Below the pieces are notes generated by a model. It had not been told where the DNA came from. It ran no database searches and saw only the letters and a list, made by a program, of their open reading frames with translations. A stretch of 64,000 nucleotides of DNA from Octopus sinensis. Its lineage: Eukaryota. The translations under genes were made by a program, and so were the position numbers. Shown piece after piece: positions 1 through 11,943 of this stretch. Numbering within the stretch: the stretch's first letter is position 1; each line of letters begins with the position of its first letter. The stretch is from positions 93,062,001 to 93,126,000 of the forward strand of contig NC_043002.1 in NCBI RefSeq assembly GCF_006345805.1, given 5' to 3'.

Positions 1-172
1 CCTGGGTGGAGGCCCAACCTTCCAAGTTCTTTTACAGGGCTTAGAAAAACTGAAGGACTGCTGCAATAATTTTGTGAATCTGAGAGGGGAATGTGTTGAA
101 TAAGATCATAATTAACTGATCCTCCTGTATTTTCTTTCACCCAAACCAGGAACTTTTCAGCACTCCCTTGTA
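1..172 (+). mobile_element. 3' end of a mariner transposon (transposase C-terminus remnant plus right TIR)
   Basis: Frameshifted translation resembles WVEAQPSKFF..GLEKLKDCCN..VNLRGECVE*, like the mariner C-terminus. It is followed by TIR ccaggaacttttcagcactcccttg (146-170) and TA (171-172). Confidence 0.8.
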
Positions 173-324
173 TTAGTAGAGTAAGGATAAATTTGTACAA
201 TAAGGAAATACTGGTACAGTAATGCTATTTGGTATAGAAAGGATATATCAGTACAGTAATGACCTAATAGTAGAGTAAGGTTAAATTTGCATGGTAAATA
301 CATAGTAACAATATATTGGTATAG

Positions 325-908
325 TAATAAAAGCAATGGTTTTAAATGTTGGCAGAAGGCTAGCAGTTTTAGAAAGAGTGGGTTAGTCGATTACATGAAC
401 CCCAAGTACTCAACTGTAATTTTTATATGGACCCTAAAAGAATGAAGGGCAAAGACAACCATGACAGAATTTGAACTCAGAGTGTAACAATAATAGCAAT
501 GGTTTCAAATTTTGGCACAAGGCCAGTAATTTGGGGGGGGGGAGGGGAATAATCAATTACATCAACCTCAGTGCTCAACTGGTACTTTTTTTCATTGACC
601 CAGAAAGGATGACAGGCAAAGTTGACCTCATCGAAATTTGAACTCAGAAAGAAAAGATGGACAAATAATAATAATTATAATAACCCTTTCTACAATAGGC
701 ACAAGGCCTGGAATTTGTGGGGAGGGGTACAGTCAATTACATCAACCTCAGTACTCAACTGGTACTTATTTTACAACCCCAAAAGAACAAAAGCAAAGTC
801 GACCTCGGTGGAATTTGAACTCAGAATGTAAAAACCGGACAAAATACCACAAAGCATTTTGCCCAGTGTGCTAACAATTCTGCCAGCTCACCACCTTTAT
901 AATAATAA

Positions 909-939
<31 letters not shown>

Positions 940-1395
940 CCTTTCTACTAAAGGCACAAGGTCTGAAATTTGAGGGCAAGGGGTTAGTCAATTACATCGA
1001 CCCCAGTGTTCAACTGCTACTCATTTTATCAATCCTAAAACGATGAAAGGCAAAGTCAACCTCAGTGGCAGAATTTGAACTCAGAACATAAAGACAGACA
1101 AAATGCTGCCAAGCATTCTGCCCAGCATGCTAACGATACTACCAGCACACTGCCTTAGTAATAATAATCTTTTCTACTCTAGGCACAATGCTTGAAATCC
1201 TGTGGGGAAGAAGAGGCAATCAATTAGATCGACTACAGTACACAACTGGTACTTAATTTATCGACCCCGAAAGGATGAAAGGCAAAGTCGTCGATCTTGG
1301 CAGAATTTGAACTCAGAACATAAAGGCAGATGAAATACTGCTAAGCATATCGCCTGGCATGCTAACATTTCTGCCAGCTCACAGCCTTTGCCTTA
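325..1395 (-). mobile_element. Head-to-tail array of about five SINE-A copies (tRNA-headed, (ATT)n tail)
   Basis: Recurring gaaaggcaaagtcgacctc..gaatttgaactcagaa (B box gagttcaaattc on minus), separated by (aat)n tracts. Confidence 0.85.
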
Positions 1396-1584
1396 GTAAT
1401 AATAATAATAAACTAACTGTATACAATATTCAATAATGTGATAGTGAAAGACAAAAACATAGTTTCACAACTAAGCAAAATTTAAAATGACTTCTTAAAT
1501 AATGATAAATTTTGATAAAATACAGGACCAATTTAATATAATCGTCTAACTTATAATGTCATGGGTTGGAGGAGTAATTCTGTG

Positions 1585-1790
1585 TATGTGTGTATGTGGG
1601 ATGAAAAACAAAACCCGTCAAAGGGGGGGAGGAACTCTTGAGAGTCAACGGCCATCCAATAAATGTCTTAAGGCTGTATAATGTGCAGGGACATGGAAAT
1701 AATTAGACTGAATACCTGATCGTACGGTTAAACCATTGGGAGTGAAGGACTCCTAGTCTTCGTTAGGGCATCCTTCTAGGAGAAGGTAAC
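1585..1790 (+). repeat. Truncated copy of an unclassified interspersed repeat (second copy at 3085-3600)
   Basis: High identity to 3085-3290 (gaaaaacaaaacccgtcaaagg...ggcatccttctagragaaggtaactc). It is cut off at 1790 by an inverted duplication. Confidence 0.7.
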
Positions 1791-2407
1791 TCAGGGTATT
1801 TTGTCCACCTCTTTACCAATACTGCCATCCTATCACCCCTATTTGTTCATCATCATTTCATGTCTATTTTCCATGCTGGCATGGGTTGGACTAAATGCAT
1901 ATACCCATGTAAAGAACTATTTGTGTGGCAGGTTTTCTACACCTTGATGCCCTTCCTGATGTGCCAGGAACCATATTTCAGCCCTTATGTTACTTTTCAG
2001 CATGTTTTCTACAGCTGGAACACCAACCACTTTTCATGGTGTAATGGGTGCCTGTCATCATAGTAGAATGACTACAGAAGATGTTGTTTCTGTTCATTTG
2101 TTCAGCAACACCAAAGTGATTGTCTCACCCCAGTAAGACTGAAGACCTCAATGGACAGGTTCAATAAAAAAAATAGTGCTCATGCCTCCTTAGAGGAGAA
2201 AAAAAATTACTTTACTTAGAAACAGGTGAGGGTTGGCACCAGGAAGGGCATCAAGGTGTAGAAAACCTACCACACAAATAGTTCTTTACATGGGTATATG
2301 CATTTAGTCCAACCCATGCCAGCATGGAAAATACACATTAAATGATGTTGAACAAATAGGGGTGATAGGATGGCAGTATTGGTAAAGAGGTGGACAAAAT
2401 ACCCTGA
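1791..2407. repeat. Near-perfect 168-bp inverted duplication (arms 1791-1958 and 2240-2407)
   Basis: The reverse complement of 2240-2407 matches 1791-1958 with about 4 substitutions, including non-TE flank. Confidence 0.95.
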
Positions 2408-3084
2408 TGTATTTAGCTGCATACCTTTACTCAGAGTTCAAATCACACCATAGTTGAATTTACCTTCCATCCTTGCCAGGGTCAATAAAATAAGTAACAG
2501 CCGTGCACTAAAGTCAATCTAAGCAGCAACCCCCTCCCCCTCACTGTCTATGTAGGAAAATCCTTTATTACTAAGAAGACAAATATCTTTGTAATTTCTG
2601 CTGCTACTTAATTTTGAGCATTAAGATAAGTCTGTGTAGATCCACTGCAGGCACTGATTACTGCTGTCTCTTGGAATCTGCAATGTTGTCATCTCCTACT
2701 ATTAATTAAATAGTCTTTTTTTTCTTGGTGAAGGTATTTTATCTTCTTTTTTAATCTTCCTTTTTTTATCTTTATTTTATCTTTTATCTTTTTTATTTTA
2801 TTTTTACTTTATTCTTTTTTATTTTATTTTTATTTTATCTTCTTTTTTTTTCTGTTAATCATAGGTGCAGATATGGTTGTGTGATTAAGAAGCTCATTTT
2901 GCAACCACATGGTTTCAGGTTCAATCCCAGTGAACAGCACATTGGGCAAGTGTTTTCAACTATAGCCTCAGACCAACCAATGCTTTGAGTGAACTTAGTA
3001 GATAAACTATGCAGTGGAAGCTTGCTGTATGTACATACATACATGTGTGTGAGTGTGTGTGTGTGTGTTGCTTTGTATGTGGAA

Positions 3085-3600
3085 TGTGTGTATGTGGAAT
3101 GAAAAACAAAACCCGTCAAAGGGCGGAGGAACTCTTGAGAGTCAACGGCCATCCAATAAATGTCTTAAGGCTGTATCATGTGCGGGGACATAGAAATAAT
3201 CAGACTGAATACCCGATCGCACAGTTAAACCATTGGGAGTGAAGGACTCCTAGCTTTCGTTAGGGCATCCTTCTAGAAGAAGGTAACTCGGGTAACTGGG
3301 ATAACTCCGACATAAAACCTGCGGCTCAGTGGTTACCGATGATGTTGACTTGTTCTTCTTTTCGGATTATGGCTGCTGTTGCTTAGTGATCGGGATTGAC
3401 TTAGTGCACAGCCTTTCCTCACTTTAAAAATCTTCTTGCACAGGCATTGCACGATAACAACATTGATTAAGCCTCATGCAATGGCCATACTCGATAACGA
3501 GGGGGCAGCCACCATGTATGTATGTATGTATGTATGTATTTGTGTATGTATGTAATTATGTATGTATGTATGTATGTATGTATGTGTATATGTATGTGTG
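3085..3600 (+). mobile_element. Unclassified retroposon-like element ending in an (ATGT)n tail
   Basis: Longer copy of the 1585-1790 repeat, ending gagggggcagcccacc(atgt)n. The microsatellite tail suggests a non-LTR retroposon. Confidence 0.5.
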
Positions 3601-3859
3601 TTCTCTTTTTAATTGTGGAGAAAATTATGACTGACCACCTACTTAGTAGCAAGGTTGTGAAGGAAAGCATTTTATTTTAACCATCGTCCTTTAACTCTTA
3701 AGGTCTTGCAAATTTTTGTAGTCCTTGATATCGTGATCATTTGTAGGGCATGAATTAAGGATTTGCACTCTCTCCCGAAGATGCCAAGTTGAGCCATACT
3801 TTGCTCCAGACTGGTTGGTATGTATCCTGGTGTGTGTGTGTGTGTGCGTGCGTCTTGTA

Positions 3860-4065
3860 CTTGTGTTGTCCTCCAACACACAACAACTGGTACTGGTTTG
3901 TTTACATGTCTGAAACTTAGCAGTTCAGCAGAAGAGATTGATAGAATAAGTTCCAGACTTAAGAAAAAAACAATTACTAGGGTTGATCTATTTGACTACA
4001 CTCCTTGAAGGCAGTGCCCCAGCATGGCTGCAATCCAATGATTGAAACAAGTAAAAGATAAAAGA
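3860..4065 (+). mobile_element. Diverged 3' half of SINE-B
   Basis: ttagcagttcagcagaagagattgatagaataag ... ggcagtgccccagcatggctgcaatccaatgattgaaacaagtaaaagataaaaga. Confidence 0.65.
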
Positions 4066-4173
4066 ATGATACTGATATTTTACACACACACGCACATGCG
4101 CGCACACACACACACACACATAAATACCCGCACACTCACACACAAACATACAAAGCAATTTGAAGAGTGGAGA

Positions 4174-4583
4174 TTCTCTTTTACACTTTTACTTGTTTCA
4201 GTCATTTGACTGTGGCCATGCTGGAGCACCGCTTTCAGTTGAGCAAATCGACCCCAGGATTTATTCTTTGTAAGCCTAGTACTTATTCTATCGGTCTCTT
4301 TCGCTGAACCGCTAAGTTACGGGGACGTAAACACACCAGCATCAGTTGTCAAGCAATGCTAGGAGGACAAACATAGACACGCATACATATACACACACAT
4401 ATATACATATACATATATACGACGGGCTTCTTTTCAGTTTCCGTCTACCAAATCCACTCACAAGGCTTTGGTCGGCCCGAGGCTATAGTAGAAAACACTT
4501 GCCCAAGGTGCCACGTAGTGGGACTGAACCTGGAACCATGTGGTTGGTAAGCAAGCTAATTACCACACAGCCACTCCTGCGCC
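4174..4583 (-). mobile_element. Full-length SINE-B (tRNA-like head, CORE-like body, internal microsatellite, CR1-type tail)
   Basis: Minus strand reads ggcgcaggagtggctgtgtggtaa (A box), ggttcagtccc (B box), accttgggcaagtg, then ggtgctccagcatggccacag and a taaaag-repeat tail. Confidence 0.9.
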
Positions 4584-5379
4584 TATAAGCTAATATTTCT
4601 TTATGGACAGACACTCCTACGCCTAGATTGTAAAGATATTAATGTTAAATATAAACTATAATGCAGAACATATAATTTAGAAAAACAAACGCATTTCAAA
4701 CTGAAAAATAAACATTCACAACCAGATTTTTACAACTGTTTTTTATTTCAATTGAAGACAAACAACTTCATTAACCTATTTTTGAATTTTCCTATACATG
4801 TGTTTGTTTTTTCGCTTCATCTTTCCTTCCACATCTTTCCACAGCTGACTTGATATTTTTACAGAACAAAATATCTTATGCGCAGCAAAATTCCTATGCA
4901 ACAACAAAATGTTTGTGCACATGTAAAGTTAAGGTCACATGTACTGGAAGTCGGTAGAGTACATGTGATCTTAAATATATACATATTTATATAAACAATC
5001 ACTGCTAGCCTATAATATAATAATATAAAAGCTAAATAGATTACTAAAGTAGAGCAAGGGAAATATATGTGTGTGTGTGTGTGTGTGTGAGTGTGTGCGT
5101 ACTTGACACCAGAACAAATATATAATGGCAACTAGAGAATTGGGGTGGGATAAGGTGATGGCAGAGTTATAAGTGGTATTTGGCAAATGGTAGCAGCAGT
5201 AGCAGCAGTAGACTGGTATTGTTGTTCTTAAATTAATCTTTTCAAATCTACAGTTGCTATTGGCTACGAAACAAACAATATCTATTCTGAAGACTGGGTG
5301 GGTGGAATTACTCAGGGACCCCTTCTACATTACTATGTTTTTTCATGAAGAATGTCTCCCAACACAGTTTCTCCAGTCA

Positions 5380-5722
5380 TTCGAAATATTCTCTTTGTTT
5401 TATGTTTAACCCTTTAGTGTTCAGATTATTCTATCAAACATTAATGCTTATTGATTCCCATTGATTTGAATTAATCATGCATTATCTCATATCTTCAAGA
5501 TCTTGATGGTGTAATTACTTAATGTAGAATAACATTGTGGGGTAGGTGTGAGAGCCTGGATCTGGTCAGTTTGAACATAAAACAGATTAGCTATTTTGGC
5601 CGGATATGGCCGGTTTAAATACTAAAGGGTTAAACTGACCAGATTCGACCTTTTCCACCTACCCTACAATGTCATTCTAAGAATAAAACAATCACATCAT
5701 TGCAATCTTGAAGCTACGAAAT
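5380..5722. mobile_element. TTAA MITE-A (5410-5629) inserted in inverted orientation into an older MITE-A copy
   Basis: TTAA at 5406-5409 and 5630-5633; TIR ccctttag/ctaaaggg. The flanks 5380-5405 and 5634-5722 join into the MITE-A body seen at 7330-7440. Confidence 0.8.
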
Positions 5723-5876
5723 AACTTTACTGTTACAGGCAGCAGAGGTTTGTTCATTAGTTCATTGAACATCTATTTTTCCATGCTAGCATGGATTAGA
5801 CAGAGAGTTATTTAAGGCAAGATTTTTCCAGTTAGATGCTCTTCCTTTCACCAACCCTCATCAGTTTTCCAGGTAA

Positions 5877-6107
5877 CTCTTTTACTCTTTTACTTGTTTA
5901 AGTCATTTCACTGTGGCCATGCTGGAGTACCGCCTTTCAGTCGAGCAAATCGACCCCAGGACTTATACTTTGTAAGCCTAGTACTTATTCTATCGGTCTG
6001 TTTTGCCGAACCGCTAAGTTACGGGGACGTAAACACACCAGCATCGGTTGTCAAGCAATGTTGGGGGTACAAACCCAAACACACAAACATTTACACACAC
6101 ACATACA

Positions 6108-6174
<67 letters not shown>

Positions 6175-6297
6175 GTGTATGTATATATATAATATATATA
6201 CACAAGGCTATAGTAGAAGACACTTGCTCGAGGTGCCACACAGTGGGACTGAACTTGGAACCATGTGGTTTGTTAGCAAGCTACTTACCATACAGCC
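5877..6297 (-). mobile_element. SINE-B with expanded internal (TA)n
   Basis: Same modules as 4174-4583; a few bases of the head are missing. Confidence 0.9.
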
Positions 6298-6627
6298 GGG
6301 ATTTTCTTTTATATTGTACAGGTCTTTAAGCACAGAGCAGCTGATCATAATGATACAAGGTGCGTTAAATATCAACACCACCTTGCTCACATGGTGACAA
6401 GCAAAATATCAACAAACATGTACATTAACACACACACTTACACACACACACACAACACACACACACACACACACACATGCAAGCCCATGCATGCACAAAC
6501 ACACTTTATGACCATATCACATTGAAAGCATCAGTTCTTGTCCAATCACTGTAGTTAAGCAATGCCAAATCTAGTAAGCACTGGGATGCAACAACTTGGG
6601 AAACCTAAGCAAAACCTTCAGTTAGTT

Positions 6628-7035
6628 AGGCACAAACATATTGCTGTGGTTAAGAAGCCTGCCTCTCAACCATGGCACCTTGAGCAAATGTCTTTCACTA
6701 TAGGCCAGGCCTAACCAAAGTCTAGTGAGTGGATTTGGTGAACAGAAACTTATAATATGTGTGTGTGGTTGTGCATGTGTGTGTGCGTGTGTGTGTGTGT
6801 GTCTCTCTCTCCTCGTCCTAACATGAGCTGGTTCTAAACGAGAGTCCTTGTCATTTAAGTAATGTTTGAGTCTTATGCAAAGAACATGTCTGGGCATGGG
6901 AGAATATTACTTTGCTTGGAAAATATGGGGGTTGGTGATAGAGGGGCATCTAGCTATAGAAAATTCACCTCAAAGAATTCTACCAGCTCCATGCAAGCAT
7001 GGAAAAGTGAACTTTAAAATGGTATCAGTGACAAC
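6628..7035 (+). mobile_element. Diverged SINE with B-type head and RTE-type tail
   Basis: Head gctgtggttaagaag..ggcaccttgagcaaatgtc; tail gaggggcatctagctatagaaaa..ccatgcaagcatggaaaagtg. Confidence 0.6.
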
Positions 7036-7073
7036 AATGTTGATTGATAACAACAAGAAGAAGACAGGCTTAA

Positions 7074-7518
7074 CCCTTTAGCATTTAACCCTTTCGTTAC
7101 CAACCCGGCTGAAACCGCCTCTGGCTCTGTAGTACAAATATCTTGTTTTCATAAGTTTTGAATTAAAATCTTCCACCAAACCTTAGTCACAATTTATGTT
7201 CCTAACACTAGCTTAATGATAACTAAGTTATTTTACTAAATTCTTTGTTATATTTAAAGTAATTGAAAGAAACACAGAGCATCTCAAAATAAATACGGTA
7301 ATGAAAGGGTTAAATTGGCCACATCTGGCTCCAATATTCTATTTGTTTTATGATCAAAATGACCAGATCTGGTCTCTCACACCTACCTTATAGTAGCATT
7401 CTAAGAATAAACAGTGACATCATCAAAATCTTGAAGCTATGATATATTGCTTGAGTCATTCAAAACAAAATGAACGAATAAGCATTAGTTTTGACAGAAT
7501 AATCTGAATGCTAAAGGG
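7074..7518 (+). mobile_element. TTAA MITE-A containing nested TTAA MITE-B (7089-7309)
   Basis: Outer TTAA at 7070-7073 and 7519-7522 with ccctttagcatt/aatgctaaaggg. Inner TTAA at 7085-7088 and 7310-7313 with ccctttcgttac/gtaatgaaaggg. Confidence 0.9.
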
Positions 7519-7820
7519 TTAAATATTGTTTCTGTCTACCAAATTCACTTACAAAGCTTTGATTGGTCTGGGGTGGTAGCAGAAGCTATTTGTCCAAGAT
7601 GCTGTACAGAAGAGCTGAATCCAAAACTACAGGGTAGCAAAGCAAGCTTCTAAACTTCTTAACACTGCTATGTCTCTGCCTGTATTGTGTAATTAATATG
7701 TGTATTTTTTAGCTTGTACTGATGAGTTCAAATTTACACAAGGAGAGGTTCCGCCAGTCTTAGATGCATTACATGATGACAAAAGCCTTCAGTGATGTCC
7801 AAATCACTTTACAGTTTACA

Positions 7821-8048
7821 TGTTGTTTGTTCCTTTTCGAGCCATCGCAGGTGAGCTGCAAGATGCAGGAGGAAAGAGCGAGAGAAAGTTGTGGCGAAAG
7901 AGTCAGAAGAGGTTCGCCATTACCTTCTCCCGGAGCCACGTGGAGCTTAGGTGTTTACGCTCATAAACACACATATCGCCCGGTCTGAGATTCGAACCCG
8001 CGATCCCTCGACCGCAAGTCCGCTGCTTTGACCACTAGGCCATGTTCC
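7821..8048 (-). mobile_element. V-domain-like SINE with an internal deletion of about 73 bp
   Basis: Matches 11944-12241 but jumps from gagccat to cgcagg. Confidence 0.85.
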
Positions 8049-8129
8049 TCCACACAGTTTACATGACATCAATATGTATTAAAATTTTTAATTCTCTTGT
8101 TAACTATTTAAATTAAAAGAGAAAGAGAA

Positions 8130-8390
8130 TTGGCAGTGTTTAATCTTAAGATGGAATACTGCTTTGACATCTGGAATGGTGCTGCATTTACACATTCTGG
8201 CATCTTAGACACCTGAGTGGCATGAAGTTGCTCACCAACATGCTATTTCCTCACTCTGCTTCTTTCTGTAGTGGTCCCTGTTCCATGAAGCTTACTGGTC
8301 TCATCACTTGCACCCAGGGCCGCCTGCCTCAATTCCCTCCCCTTTCTTTAACCACCTATATTGTGTCTGCTGCACCCTTAGCCTCCTGTA
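8130..8390 (+). pseudogene. Highly degraded LINE (CR1/Jockey-group) ORF2 C-terminal remnant
   Basis: Translation MEYCFDIWNGAAFTHSGILD resembles the post-RT motif EYC..IW.GA.....LD. Confidence 0.45.
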
Positions 8391-8709
8391 TGTTTTACAT
8401 CTAATACATTAAAAGTATAATTTAAGCAATACTGACTTAATAATAATCAAGCTATATAGAATACTTCTATAATTCTATAGAATATCCTGACACACTGTGG
8501 TCAGTAACATATTAACTCCAGATAAAAATTGACAAATTCAATTTCATTGGAGGTTAACATTTAAATTCACAAAGCAGAGAGATAAATTTATGTTCCCAAT
8601 AAATTCGTTTTGTAACTATTTTTGGTATCTAGTTGCTAATGTCTTTGGCAAGAATCCAGAAATCAAACAAAGCTGGTCTCCCTCCCCAGTTAGGTTTTTA
8701 ATTGATTTA

Positions 8710-9073
8710 TCTCTATATATATAAACGACAAAATGTCTGCGTGTGTGTCCTTTATACAAATCCACAATTTTTCAGTTAGAGGGCTCGCACTTTCTATGGT
8801 CATTCAAAACCGTCCAAGGGTGGTCGTGCACATCTTTACATTTCCCCAGTCACCCCGCAAAGCCATTAAAAAATCAATAGAAGTGACTTTTTTGTGAATT
8901 TTCTATCCAAAACCCAATCAAAATGCTCGAAACTTGATACACCAATTGAATGCCAGCTAGCTGTATGTGATTGGTCGGAGATTTGGACAGTACTCACGTG
9001 TATGTGCGCATGCACGCAGCTGTATATGCATGCACTAGCACTATGACCCGGCGTTGCCAGGTCATAGTGCTAG
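8710..9073 (+). mobile_element. Non-autonomous Helitron-like element
   Basis: 5' A|TCTCTATATATAT and a 3' 41-bp hairpin (actagcactatgacc/ggtcatagtgctagt) ending CTAG|T. No TSD. Copies at 13290-13653 and 56648-56980. Confidence 0.8.
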
Positions 9074-9313
9074 TAATTAATAAAACAAAATCACTTTAGA
9101 TTGCTTTCTGCAGTATTTCTTAAATATATAGCTTCATATTTTCTGACAGGTGAAACACACAGTAAAATAATGTTATAGTCCTCCTTTATTTTAAACTCAG
9201 ATTAATCAGATTTTAGCCTTCGTTTCAGTTCAGATTAGACAGAATAAAAATTTATGATTACAAGGTAGATCAAAGACATATTAGCTATTGTTATTATCAA
9301 TATAATCATCATA

Positions 9314-9548
9314 AAGGGTAGTAGATTGGCAGAATCAATTAGTGCTTTAAAAGAAATGCTTTGCATTATTTGTTCAGGCTCTTTATGTTCTGAGTTCAAA
9401 TCTTGCCAAGGTCAACTTCTTCTTTCATCCCCACAAGGTTGATAGAATAAAGTATTAGTCAACAACTGGCATCAATGGTATCGTCTGACTCTCTCCCCAC
9501 ACAATTATTGGCTTTGTGCCTAAATTAGAAACAGTATTTATTATCATT
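9314..9548 (+). mobile_element. Diverged SINE-A
   Basis: ttggcagaatc..ttctgagttcaaatc..tttcatcc..ggctttgtgcctaaattagaaacagtatttattatcattat. Confidence 0.7.
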
Positions 9549-9630
9549 ATAGGATTAGTGGTTATTTAACTGACTAGCAAGATTTAGTAATGTTTGAAAG
9601 CAGCCCATTTTCATACATTGCTATTGTGTA

Positions 9631-9934
9631 GGCACATGGCCTAGTGGTTAGAGCAGCGGACTCGCGGTCGAGGGATCGCAGGTTCGAATCTCAGACCGGG
9701 TGATGTGTGTGTTTATGAGCGAAAACACCTAAGCTCCACGCAAGGCAGAAGGTAATGGCGAACTTCTGCTGGCTCTTTCGCCACAACTTTCTCTCGCTCT
9801 TTCCTCCTGAATCTTGCAGCTCACCTGCGACGGACCGGTGTCCTGTCCAGGTGGGGAACCTATAGGCCAAGAAACCGGGAAACCGGCCCTTATGAGCCAG
9901 GCATGGCTCGAGAAGGAACAAACAACAACAACAA
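9631..9934 (+). mobile_element. Full-length tRNA-headed SINE with V-domain-like centre and (CAA)n tail
   Basis: A box tggcctagtgg, B box ggttcgaatc, central gcgacggaccggtgtcctgtccagg and tail aacaaacaacaacaac. Confidence 0.88.
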
Positions 9935-10564
9935 TATTGCTATTCAACATCTTTTTGTAACGAGATTTAATACGTTATCTTAAATCAACCCAGTTTACAT
10001 CTTATTACTACCCAGGAGTATCCAATTAAAATGTCAGAAACGTCTGTAATTCATTAAATATTCACACAATAAAACACATGACATTAAGGTCTTGCATGAG
10101 TAATATGATGAGTTGAAATTCTTTGATTAACTAAGATCATCCCAGAAATTAGAAGATATGAGTAGTTAAGATCTAAAAGCAAGCATATGAGATAACTCTA
10201 ATATCACCCAATCAATGTTTCTGGAAAATGAAGACAAGGTAATTATGAGAAGATCCTGTCTTAATAGGCAACTAGTAAAAGCAACAGGCATGTTTTCATC
10301 ATCATAATCACTATCATCAACATCTAATGCCTGTTTCCCATGTTGGCATCGACTGGATAGCTTGGCATGAACTCGCAAGGCCAGGCCCCATAATTTGTTT
10401 CGGCTTGGTTTCTATGGTTGGGTGCCCCTCCTAATGCCAACCACTTTACAGAGTGTACTGGGTGTTTTTACATGGCATCGTCACCTGTACTTTTTACATG
10501 GCGCCAGTACCCACACCAATGGTACCAAGTAAAAAGCATTGGTGTTGGTGCCAACAAGACTTGT

Positions 10565-10606
<42 letters not shown>

Positions 10607-11512
10607 CGTGCGTATGTGAGAGAGAGAAAGTGAGTGAGAGAAAAGTCATTAATTTGGATAGTGATAATTCACTGAGGACACATACAAACAAATGAATGGC
10701 TACTCTAGTTGAATTAAGATTAATGACTTATAATAATTTAAAAAAACAAAAAAACAAATCAGAAAGTATAATGTAGCTGCTAAATTTTACTTATGTAGCT
10801 GATCTATTAATTAATTAGGTATGTGATTAACTATTGTTCAAATAGTATAAAGGAATAAATTAATTCCATTCTAAATCTAATATGACCAAAAAAGAACAAT
10901 GATCATTTATCAGATTTAGCTAATCTGATTTAACTATACAGAATGTAACAATTACGATATTTTAAAATATCAATTATGAGCTGGAAGAAAAAAAAACTGT
11001 TACAACTTATCATTTTGTTTAGTCATTCATTGGTTGTTTTGAAATGCCAGAGAAAACTGAAACTAGGCATAAAGCTAGCACATAAGGCAAAGTGCCAAAC
11101 TTTTTCACAATTGTGTGTGGGCTGGTTTCAAAACAGGTAGTTTAGGTACCATGTTACTAGATCTTGGGTGGATTTCCCAAATAGCCACCCACTTAAATAG
11201 TAAAGTTGGCACATGTACAGCACCAATTCTCATTCTGCAAGAAACTAAAAAGGTTTGGTTTCTCATTTAACATAATTCAAAAATCTATGGTAACAGCAGT
11301 CTGTTTCGTTCCGCTATTTTCTATTTAATGATTTAGATTAAAACATGTTGTAACTTGTTGCTGTTGTTTTTATTCTGTTGTCATACTTGTTTTCAGGATA
11401 GCCAATTTCCATTCCTTACAATTTACATAAACAATGAAAATATATTACATTTATGTATTTGTTTAGCAAGATTCCTGATGTGAAATCATATGTTGAAACA
11501 GATGTAGATAAC

Positions 11513-11890
11513 TACTTGGGGATGGTCATCTTTTGCCCATTAAACACATGCACTATATGTTTGGTCTTCACTCCAACAATTTTACAATTATTCATATTTT
11601 AGTATCCTTTGTCAGAAATATTTCGTTGCACATCCTGAGACCTCTTCAATGACTCTTCATCCCACATGTCATCTTCTACTCTGTTTAGTCCATTCTGCTT
11701 TTCCTGTGGTGTGGGACTAAACAGAACTGAAGGAGACACATTGGATGGAGAATCACTGAAGAGGTCACAGGAGGTGTGAGAAAAGATTTCAGACAAAGGA
11801 CACTAAAATAAGAATAATTACAAGTTGAAATGAAGACCAAGTATATAGTGCATGTAGTTAACTGGCAAAAAATATGAGCATCCCCAACTA
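11513..11890. repeat. 378-bp imperfect palindrome flanked by TA (fold-back MITE-like)
   Basis: Gapless 81-bp inner stem (11611-11691 vs 11714-11794, 19 mismatches by manual count), 22-nt loop, and outer arms pairing out to TA at both ends. Confidence 0.85.
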
Positions 11891-11943
11891 TAACAATAAA
11901 TGACAAAATAACAAACACTAAATCCACTGGAATTTGCCAAAAT

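Noticed and set aside
9631-9700. tRNA gene
   Set aside because: It has A and B boxes but no complete acceptor or anticodon stem, and continues into a SINE body present in three copies.
11599-11802. Protein-like ORF with an acceptor as a terminal PHKG or other exon
   Set aside because: It lies wholly within a palindrome, has no similarity to the kinase sequence expected next, and its phase (0) does not match the phase-2 donor.
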